DNA of 64,000 nucleotides from Comamonadaceae bacterium. GTDB lineage: Bacteria > Pseudomonadota > Gammaproteobacteria > Burkholderiales > Burkholderiaceae_C. Below the pieces are notes generated by a model. The model made no database searches. It had not been told where the DNA came from and was given only the letters and a program-made list of their open reading frames with translations. A program made the translations under genes and the position numbers. The stretch lies in assembly GCA_947450675.1 (NCBI GenBank), contig CANFWI010000006.1:1447-65446 (forward strand), written 5' to 3'. Positions 56,848-64,000 of this stretch are shown here, piece by piece. Within the stretch, counting starts at the first letter, position 1; each line of letters starts with the position of its first letter.

Positions 56848-57747
56848 TCAAGCCGGACGAATCGTCTCGAGCGTGTAGTTCTGGCAGCCCGGCGTCGAGA
56901 TTTTATGAGCACCGACCCGGTTACCCAGCTCGCAACACTTGGCCAGTGACCAGCCTTGTTCAAGACCAAACAACAAAGCACCCCGGAATGCATCGCCGCA
57001 ACCTGTCGGGTCCACCAGCTCAGTGGCCTTCACAGGCGCAACCAGGGTCATCTCACCATCGACCCAGACTTCGCAACCGTCAGCACCCAGCGTGACAACC
57101 AGACCCTCGACACGGTGCGACAGTGCTTTGCTGTCTAGACCGGTGCGCTCACTGAGCATTCGGCCTTCATAGTCATTGACCGTCACCCACGTTGCGAGAT
57201 CGACAAACTGCGTCAGCTCTTCGCCGTTGAACATAGGCAAGCCTTGCCCTGGATCGAACACAAAAGGAATGCCGGCGGCCTTGAATTGCGCAGCATGCTG
57301 CAGCATGGCGTCACGACCATCGGGCGAGATGATGCCGATCTTGATGTCATCACGGGCGGCCACGTCTGACAAGTGCGCCTGACTCATTGCACCCGGGTGA
57401 AAAGCCGTGATCTGGTTGTTGTCACGGTCGGTCATGATCATGGCTTGCGCCGTGTAGGTGTCCGTCAGTTCGCGGATGAATTCGGTGCTGATCCCCTTGC
57501 TGCGCAGATGCGCCACGTAATCTAGGCCGTCATTGCCAACCGTTGCCATGGGCAAGGCGGTACCGCCCAGTTGCGCCAGGCTGTAGGCGATGTTGCCGGC
57601 ACAACCGCCGAACTCGCGGCGCAAGGCCGGGACCAGAAAAGACACATTCAAGATGTGCAATTGCTCGGGCATGATTTGCTCGGCAAAACGCCCCTCAAAA
57701 GTCATGATGGTGTCAAAGGCCAAGGAGCCACAAATCAAGGCGGGCAT
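56848..57747 (-). CDS. PfkB-family carbohydrate/nucleoside kinase (adenosine-kinase-like)
   Basis: GGCAGNIAYSLAQLGG and DPTGCGDAFRG. Confidence 0.85.
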   Translation of the reverse strand: MPALICGSLAFDTIMTFEGRFAEQIMPEQLHILNVSFLVPALRREFGGCAGNIAYSLAQLGGTALPMATVGNDGLDYVAHLRSKGISTEFIRELTDTYTAQAMIMTDRDNNQITAFHPGAMSQAHLSDVAARDDIKIGIISPDGRDAMLQHAAQFKAAGIPFVFDPGQGLPMFNGEELTQFVDLATWVTVNDYEGRMLSERTGLDSKALSHRVEGLVVTLGADGCEVWVDGEMTLVAPVKATELVDPTGCGDAFRGALLFGLEQGWSLAKCCELGNRVGAHKISTPGCQNYTLETIRPA

Positions 57748-57765
57748 GCGTTTAGTTCTCGAGGT

Positions 57766-58857
57766 TCAGGGATAAAAAGCAAACAGACGGTAACCGGTGA
57801 TCGGCGCTGGTGCGACGGGCGCCCCGGCCGCCGGCGGTACGTCGGCAGCGGCTTCGGCCGCGGCAGTCGAAGCCGCCTGAGATGGCTGAACAAGCACTGG
57901 CGGCGGGCTGACAAGCAGCGTCAACACACCGGTGAAAGGAACAGCAGACTCCAAGCGCTTACGGGTTGCACCGAACTCGGCCGGCAGCAACACCTTGCGC
58001 ATCAAAACTTCGTTTTGCGAGCCGGTCAAAGTCACTTCCAGCGCAGGCATGGCGACAGCAGCGAGCCGCGAATTCTTGAGAACAACCGTCAGTCGGTAGG
58101 CATCAGGGCCCGTCTGCGCGAAAGAAGAACTGTCGATCTCAATCGCCTCAATCACCCGCGGAGGGTTGATCTGGCAATTCATTTTTTGACACAGCGCCTC
58201 AAGTGTGGGCAACAACGCTGGGTAGCGAGCGGCCCATGCATCGCGGTTGTGCAAGAGCACTTGCAACGCCAGTGCGACCAACAAGGCCATGGCGACAAAC
58301 ACCCCCAGCCCCCGATAAAACGGACTCATGGGCTTGTCGCGGCGCTTCGCCGACTGGACAAACGTCACTTCAGGCAAGGGTTGCCGACGGCGGTCTGTAG
58401 CATCATGGCTCAGAGCCTGATCTGCTTGGACTGAAGAGTCAGGGGTCTCCGGCGCCGACAGGTAACTTGACAATGGCGCGGAGACCGACGCATCGTCGAC
58501 ATGAGAATGGTTAGGAAAATGAGCTGCGGCAGGTACTTCTGGCGGCGCGGGCGGACTAGATTGATGGGCCGGCTCAGTCTGCTTGTCGAAGTCACTGGCC
58601 CATGGATTCAAGGGGCCATCAGGCATGTCGTCGGCCACTGAAAAGACCGCTGGCGCTGGTGAATGCGGCGCTTGAAGTTCCTCGTCAGGCGGCTGGGACA
58701 TCTCAGTCTCAGGCTCAGGCATCGCCTGAAAGTGAGCGGATGCATCGAAGACGCCGTCGCAATGACCACAACGAACCCAACCGTCCGACACCTTCAATTG
58801 GTCGGGCACGACCTTGAACATGGTTCGGCAAGTGGGGCAGCAGGTTATCAAGCTCAT
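57766..58857 (-). CDS. Zinc-ribbon (MJ0042-type) plus DUF3426 membrane protein
   Basis: CPTCRTMFKV...VRCGHCDGVFDA, Pro-rich linker, one TM helix, C-terminal beta domain. Confidence 0.75.
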   Translation of the reverse strand: MSLITCCPTCRTMFKVVPDQLKVSDGWVRCGHCDGVFDASAHFQAMPEPETEMSQPPDEELQAPHSPAPAVFSVADDMPDGPLNPWASDFDKQTEPAHQSSPPAPPEVPAAAHFPNHSHVDDASVSAPLSSYLSAPETPDSSVQADQALSHDATDRRRQPLPEVTFVQSAKRRDKPMSPFYRGLGVFVAMALLVALALQVLLHNRDAWAARYPALLPTLEALCQKMNCQINPPRVIEAIEIDSSSFAQTGPDAYRLTVVLKNSRLAAVAMPALEVTLTGSQNEVLMRKVLLPAEFGATRKRLESAVPFTGVLTLLVSPPPVLVQPSQAASTAAAEAAADVPPAAGAPVAPAPITGYRLFAFYP

Positions 58858-58894
58858 CGCTCTGAATTGTAGGGCTTGCTTAGTTCTGATTAGC

Positions 58895-59779
58895 TCAGAG
58901 CTTCGCAGTCATCAAGATCCAGCCGTCTTCACTGTCGGCCACGCTCAAGCTGGCATACGGTGCGTACGCTTCTTTGAGTTCGTCGGCTTGACGCTCCAAA
59001 ATACCGGCCAACACCAAGTGCCCCCCCGGAGCGACATGCGCACACAGCAGTGGCGCCAAGACCTTCAGCGGCGTCGCCAAAATATTCGCCAGCACGGTTT
59101 GGTAAGTGCCCGACGATTTATCCGGCAAACCGGCCTTCAATTGCACATGATTGGCTTCGGCGTTGGCGAGGGTCGACTGCACGGCGGCTTCATCGATATC
59201 GACAGCATCGATATCCGTCGCGCCGAACTTGGCCGCGCCGATGGCCAAAATACCCGAGCCGCAACCGTAGTCAAGCACACGGGCGCCGGCCTGGCCAGCA
59301 GCAATCCAGCGCAGACACATGCGGGTGGTCGGATGCGTGCCGGTGCCGAAAGCCAGCCCCGGATCGAGCCGGATCACTTGGCGCGCTTGGGCCGGTGGTT
59401 CATGCCAAGTCGGAACAATCCAGAACTCGGGCGTGATCTCAACCGGGGTGAACTGCGATTGCGTCAAACGCACCCAATCTTGCTCAGGCACCGGGCTGAC
59501 GGCCACCACTTGGCAGCCATTGAAGAAGTCCTGCGCCGCGAGCAGCACAGCCGCGTCACGCGCGGCCGCTTCATTGGAAAACAAGGCGACGATGCGCGAG
59601 CGCTCCCAACCGGCTTTCGGCGGTGGCATGCCGGGTTCGCCAAACAGCGCCTGCTCGGCCGGCGTCTGAGCGTCAGCATCTTCGACCGAGACGCTCAAAG
59701 CGTCGAGGGCGTCGAGCGCATCGCTCACGCTCTCAACGGCATCCACAGGGGCCAACATGACCAGTTCAAAAAGACGCAT
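58895..59779 (-). CDS. prmA: Ribosomal protein L11 methyltransferase
   Basis: FGTGTHPTTRMCL and DYGCGSGILAI. ATG at 59779. Confidence 0.92.
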   Translation of the reverse strand: MRLFELVMLAPVDAVESVSDALDALDALSVSVEDADAQTPAEQALFGEPGMPPPKAGWERSRIVALFSNEAAARDAAVLLAAQDFFNGCQVVAVSPVPEQDWVRLTQSQFTPVEITPEFWIVPTWHEPPAQARQVIRLDPGLAFGTGTHPTTRMCLRWIAAGQAGARVLDYGCGSGILAIGAAKFGATDIDAVDIDEAAVQSTLANAEANHVQLKAGLPDKSSGTYQTVLANILATPLKVLAPLLCAHVAPGGHLVLAGILERQADELKEAYAPYASLSVADSEDGWILMTAKL

Positions 59780-59893
59780 GAAAAGACCCGCCAAATGAGA
59801 AGATAAAAGTAAGGAAGTGGGAGACAAAAAACGAAAACAACCCGCAGCGCATCATGAAGGAGCGCGTGCGGGTTTGAAACTGAAGGCTAGAAC

Positions 59894-61243
59894 TTAGCGT
59901 TGCCGCTGCGACAACCACTCTTCCAAGTAGTGAATATTGGTGCCGCCATCGACGAACTTGGCGTCGACCATTAACTCACGGTGAAGTGCGATGTTGGTGT
60001 TGATGCCTTCGACCACGGTTTCAGCCAGCGCCGTGCGCATGCGGGCCAAAGCCTGCTCGCGCGTGTCGCCATGAACAATGATCTTGCCGATCATCGAGTC
60101 GTAATTGGGCGGCACAAAATAGTTGGCGTAAATGTGCGAGTCAACCCGCACACCGGGGCCGCCGGGGGCGTGCCATGTCGTGATGCGACCTGGCGACGGC
60201 GTGAACTTGTAAGGGTCCTCGGCGTTGATGCGGCACTCAATCGAATGGCCTTTGATCTCGATCTGACGCTGCGTGAACGGCAGCCGTTCGCCAGCAGCCA
60301 CCATGATTTGCGTCTTCACGATGTCAACGCCGGTGACCCATTCCGTGACCGGGTGCTCGACCTGAACACGGGTGTTCATCTCAATGAAATAAAACTCACC
60401 GTTTTCATACAAGAACTCGAAAGTGCCCGCACCGCGATAGCCAATTTTCTTGACGGCCGCAACGCAACGCTCACCGATTTTTTCAATCAGCTTGCGGGGA
60501 ACGCCGGGTGCCGGCGCTTCCTCGATGACCTTTTGGTGACGGCGCTGCATGGAGCAGTCACGTTCGCCCAGCCAGACCGCATTTTTATGCTGGTCAGCCA
60601 TGATCTGGATTTCGATGTGGCGCGGGTTTTGGAGAAATTTCTCCATGTACACCGCCGGATTGCCGAACGCAGCACCAGCTTCAGCCTTGGTGGTTTGCAC
60701 CGCATGGATCAGCGCCGCCTCGGTGTGCACCACGCGCATGCCGCGCCCGCCGCCGCCGCCAGCGGCCTTGATGATGACCGGGTAACCAACGGCTTTGGCC
60801 GTGCGCTTGATGATGGCCGCGTCGTCGGGCAAGGCGCCTTCAGAGCCCGGCACGCAAGGCACACCCGCCTTGATCATGGCCTGTTTGGCAGAGACTTTGT
60901 CACCCATGATGCGGATGGATTCCGGCGTCGGGCCGATGAACTTGAAGCCGCTTTTTTCCACACGCTCGGCAAAATCAGCGTTTTCGCTGAGAAAACCGTA
61001 GCCAGGGTGAATGGCTTCAGCGTCGGTGACCTCGGCAGCGGCAATGATGGCCGGCATGCTAAGGTAGCTTTGCGCCGATGCCGCAGGGCCGATGCAAACA
61101 GACTCGTCAGCCAGCTTGATGTATTTGGCTTCGCGGTCGGCTTCGGAGTAAACCATCACGGCCTTGACGCCGAGCTCCCGGCAGGCCCGCTGAATACGCA
61201 GGGCGATTTCGCCCCGGTTAGCGATCAGAATTTTTTTAAACAT
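59894..61243 (-). CDS. accC: Acetyl-CoA carboxylase biotin carboxylase subunit
   Basis: [20 protein letters not shown]-grasp. 449 aa from the ATG at 61243. Confidence 0.96.
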   Translation of the reverse strand: MFKKILIANRGEIALRIQRACRELGVKAVMVYSEADREAKYIKLADESVCIGPAASAQSYLSMPAIIAAAEVTDAEAIHPGYGFLSENADFAERVEKSGFKFIGPTPESIRIMGDKVSAKQAMIKAGVPCVPGSEGALPDDAAIIKRTAKAVGYPVIIKAAGGGGGRGMRVVHTEAALIHAVQTTKAEAGAAFGNPAVYMEKFLQNPRHIEIQIMADQHKNAVWLGERDCSMQRRHQKVIEEAPAPGVPRKLIEKIGERCVAAVKKIGYRGAGTFEFLYENGEFYFIEMNTRVQVEHPVTEWVTGVDIVKTQIMVAAGERLPFTQRQIEIKGHSIECRINAEDPYKFTPSPGRITTWHAPGGPGVRVDSHIYANYFVPPNYDSMIGKIIVHGDTREQALARMRTALAETVVEGINTNIALHRELMVDAKFVDGGTNIHYLEEWLSQRQR

Positions 61244-61253
61244 GGCGCCCGCT

Positions 61254-61697
61254 TCACTCGATGATGAAGAGTGGTTGTCCGTATTCAACGGCCTGACCGT
61301 TCTCACACAACATCGCGGTGACAGTGCCCGACTTGTCGGCCTCGATCTCGTTGAGGATCTTCATGGCCTCAATGATGCAGATGGTGTCGCCTTCTTTGAC
61401 TTGGCTGCCGATGTCTACAAACGCTTTAGCGCCAGGGCTAGCGGAGCGGTAGAACGTGCCCACCATGGGGGACTTGACTGCGTGGCCGACGGCTTCTGCA
61501 GGTGCCGCAGCTGCAGCCACTGCCGCCGCAACGGGTGCCGGTGCAGCCGCCACCATGGCAGGCGCTTGCATCACCACGGGAGCAGCGCCCATGAACTTGA
61601 CGATTCTGACCTTGCCCTCGGCTTCGGTGATTTCGAGTTCTGACACGTTCGACTCTGAAACCAAGTCAATCAGTGTTTTGAGTTTGCGTAAATCCAT
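61254..61697 (-). CDS. accB: Acetyl-CoA carboxylase biotin carboxyl carrier protein
   Basis: Ala/Pro linker and biotinyl-Lys motif [13 protein letters not shown]. Confidence 0.95.
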   Translation of the reverse strand: MDLRKLKTLIDLVSESNVSELEITEAEGKVRIVKFMGAAPVVMQAPAMVAAAPAPVAAAVAAAAAPAEAVGHAVKSPMVGTFYRSASPGAKAFVDIGSQVKEGDTICIIEAMKILNEIEADKSGTVTAMLCENGQAVEYGQPLFIIE

Positions 61698-62000
61698 GCT
61701 TTATTCTCCGGCGACAGGTGGTGGGCTGATGACCCAGCCTTTGATACAAATTGTCCAGCTGCATCAGCAGCTCAACCTTAATCCGATATTGATTCGACCC
61801 AACAAGTGGCATTCACCCACTCTTTGCCGGCCATCTTTCATTAACCGACTTGAATTGTACTCATCTGCGAATAGTCAAACAGGCAAGAACTCAGCCTTAT
61901 GGCGCATCTGAAATATTTTGATTCAGAACTTTAACGCAAATTGAGCCTCAATTACGGCTGTTGACGACTCAAAAGACTCAAATCCGACAAGAGTCAGGAA

Positions 62001-62534
62001 TCAAGACAACGCGGCCCAGTTGACCAAATCTGCCGATGACAGCTGCCCACTTTTACGCTGCAAGACATCACCAGAAGCACTGAAGGCCAGCGAAAAAGGC
62101 AGGCCACCCGTCAAATTGCCCATGCGTTTACTGAGGTCTGTACCGTCCAGACCAGCCATCACAATCGGAAAATCCAGTGGAGACTTTTTCAACCAGGCGC
62201 GCACAGCACTCGGCTGATCAACAGCCAAACCCAGCACGCGCCAGCCTCGCGCCTGCTGCTCCTGGTGAAAACGATTCAGCAAAGGCAACTCTTCCACGCA
62301 AGGTGGGCACCAAGTCGCCCAAAAATTCACCAGCAGGGGTTGGCCAGCCAAACTGCTGATTTTGAACATCTCGCCATTCGGCGTTTCCATCTCTAGGGCC
62401 CAGAACGGGTCGGTCGATGAATGACCGGCCGACACTGCCGCATGGCGGTCGCGCAACCACCAGGCAGCGCCAACGCCCGCCAGACCCGCCGCCACGGCGG
62501 TGCCGGCAAACAGCATATTTCTACGTTTCATCAT
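62001..62534 (-). CDS. TlpA/ResA-family periplasmic thiol:disulfide oxidoreductase
   Basis: WATWCPPC. N-terminal MMKRRNMLFAGTAVAAGLAGVGAAWW signal/anchor. Confidence 0.85.
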   Translation of the reverse strand: MMKRRNMLFAGTAVAAGLAGVGAAWWLRDRHAAVSAGHSSTDPFWALEMETPNGEMFKISSLAGQPLLVNFWATWCPPCVEELPLLNRFHQEQQARGWRVLGLAVDQPSAVRAWLKKSPLDFPIVMAGLDGTDLSKRMGNLTGGLPFSLAFSASGDVLQRKSGQLSSADLVNWAALS

Positions 62535-62619
62535 CCAGAGACCTCATCGGTTCAAATTTAACTTTAAGCCAGTTTCGCAGGTTTTAATGCCTGGATCGCT
62601 GAAGATCGAGGCCTATTTG

Positions 62620-63219
62620 TCACAACGTGAGCAAACGCTCAACCGCCGCCAAGTCGCCACGTGGCGTGCGGCCTTTGGCATCCGGCCGCAAGGCACCGCG
62701 TAAATCGTCGTGGTCATAGACCATCAGGTGCACGCCAACGGTTTCCTGCAAGGGCTTGCAAACGCTGCGAATGCTCAGCGCCTCGACGCTGTCACCCCAA
62801 AAACCTGTCAGGGTGCGGGGTTCGTAATCCACTTGGTGCTCAATCAAGGCAATTTCAGCCGACTTCGAGTCATCACAAAACAGCTGGATATAGATGTCGG
62901 ACAGCCGCGTGGCAGTGCCGTGCCAGACCGCACCCCCCAAAAATGGGCGGAACTCGGCCATGCGCTGCATCCAGACCAAGGCCAGCTCACGCAAGGCTTT
63001 CAATTCAGTCGGCTGCGTCTCGGCGCAAAACAGCGCGATGTATTCGTGCACCGCGTCTTCAATCTCGTCATTGCCCGGCAGCTCGGTGCGCGACGGCAGG
63101 GCCATCTGCTTGATCGCGCGGCGCTTGGCCGGGCCGTATTCCAACCCCTCCTCGACCACCATGGCGGCCGCTGCGGCGGCAATTTCAGCCTTCAGACTGT
63201 GCGGTTGAAAAGAGTTCAT
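62620..63219 (-). CDS. Conserved hypothetical protein (no recognisable domain), divergent from mpl
   Basis: 199 aa from the ATG at 63219. Coding-like composition and no TM helix or signal peptide. The longer ORF-track N-terminus would cross the mpl promoter. Confidence 0.6.
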   Translation of the reverse strand: MNSFQPHSLKAEIAAAAAAMVVEEGLEYGPAKRRAIKQMALPSRTELPGNDEIEDAVHEYIALFCAETQPTELKALRELALVWMQRMAEFRPFLGGAVWHGTATRLSDIYIQLFCDDSKSAEIALIEHQVDYEPRTLTGFWGDSVEALSIRSVCKPLQETVGVHLMVYDHDDLRGALRPDAKGRTPRGDLAAVERLLTL

Positions 63220-63298
63220 GGGGGTATTTTTGCACCTGCTGGACCGCTCAGCTGATGAAGGGTTGAAGCCGCGCCATCGCCGCTGCCTAAAATGCCGC

Positions 63299-64000
63299 AT
63301 GCACATACATATATTGGGAATCTGCGGTACCTTCATGGGCGGCTTGGCCGCCCTCGCGCGCGAAGCTGGCCATCAGGTCACCGGCTGCGACACTGGCGTT
63401 TATCCACCCATGAGCGACCAGCTGCGCAGCTTGGGCATTGAACTGACCGAAGGCTATGACGCCAGCGTGTTGCAGCAAGCCGGCTTCAAGCCCGACATGT
63501 TTGTCATCGGCAACGTGGTCTCGCGCGCCCAGTTGCCAGACGGCAGCCCCAAGTTCCCGCTGATGGAGGCCATCCTCAACCAAGGTCTGCCGTACACCAG
63601 CGGCCCGCAGTGGTTAGCCGAGCACGTGCTGCAAGGTCGGCATGTGCTGGCCGTGGCGGGCACGCATGGCAAAACCACCACCACAGCCATGCTGACTTGG
63701 ATTTTGGAGCAGGCGGGGTTGCAGCCGGGTTTCTTGATCGGCGGCGTGCCCTTGAACTTTGGCGTCTCCGCCCGCCTCGGCCAAGGCCAATGCTTTGTGA
63801 TCGAGGCCGATGAGTACGACACGGCGTTTTTCGACAAGCGCAGCAAGTTTGTGCATTACCGGCCGCGCACAGCTATTTTGAACAACCTGGAGTTTGACCA
63901 CGCCGACATTTTTGAAAACTTGGCGGCCATCGAGCGTCAGTTCCATCACTTGGTGCGCACCGTGCCGTCGCAAGGCCGCGTGGTCGTGAATGCCGCCGAG
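63299..64000 (+). CDS. mpl: UDP-N-acetylmuramate:L-alanyl-gamma-D-glutamyl-meso-diaminopimelate ligase (5' partial, runs off the window)
   Basis: Not in the ORF track because there is no stop in the window. Translation MHIHILGICGTFMGGLAALAREAGHQVTGCD...AVAGTHGKTTTTAML...FVIEADEYDTAFFDKRSKFVHY...LEFDHADIF is collinear with E. coli Mpl. Confidence 0.93.
   Translation, partial: MHIHILGICGTFMGGLAALAREAGHQVTGCDTGVYPPMSDQLRSLGIELTEGYDASVLQQAGFKPDMFVIGNVVSRAQLPDGSPKFPLMEAILNQGLPYTSGPQWLAEHVLQGRHVLAVAGTHGKTTTTAMLTWILEQAGLQPGFLIGGVPLNFGVSARLGQGQCFVIEADEYDTAFFDKRSKFVHYRPRTAILNNLEFDHADIFENLAAIERQFHHLVRTVPSQGRVVVNAAE

Noticed and set aside
59981-61264. 427-aa ORF on the plus strand
   Set aside because: It is antisense to accC, which is full length and highly conserved. 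It has no motifs.

Overview
High-GC chromosomal segment whose gene content and order suggest a betaproteobacterium, probably Burkholderiales/Comamonadaceae. This is inferred from three Bug/TctC-family binding proteins and the dusB-fis-purH, prmA-accC-accB, nrdAB, ffh/ypjD and mpl neighbourhoods, not from a database hit. I support about 60 protein-coding genes, one tRNA-Met(CAT), a short REP-like palindromic repeat family at three loci, and several operator-like palindromes including tandem NrdR boxes. I saw no rRNA, CRISPR array, intact IS/transposase, phage genes or recognisable defence system. Most of the window is housekeeping: purH, fis, dusB, ychF, dsbC, miaB, ffh, ampD, nrdAB, prmA, accBC, mpl. 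Four patches look accessory. (1) 5.7-18.5 kb holds a long minus-strand block with a Dpp-type ABC importer, a NUDIX gene and a LysR-divergent catabolic operon: lactonase-type amidohydrolase, cytoplasmic PBP-fold decarboxylase-like protein, two Bug binding proteins and an enolase-superfamily enzyme. (2) 24.5-27.3 kb is an AT-richer chrB-chrA-cytochrome c' module with overlapping stop/start codons. (3) 27.5-32.3 kb holds a D-tartrate-dehydratase-like gene, a LysR gene, a PuuE-like deacetylase and an MFS gene. (4) 38.0-43.9 kb lies immediately 3' of the tRNA and contains a 12-codon integrase stub, a twice-truncated hybrid histidine-kinase remnant and a complete five-gene archaic (Csu/spore-coat-U type) chaperone-usher pilus operon that includes one unclassifiable 136-aa secreted protein. 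Patch 4 is my best candidate for something worth a second look. A second candidate is an S4/pseudouridine-synthase-like protein whose catalytic Asp motif appears replaced. I found no clearly unprecedented multi-gene system. All functional calls rest on motif recognition by eye.
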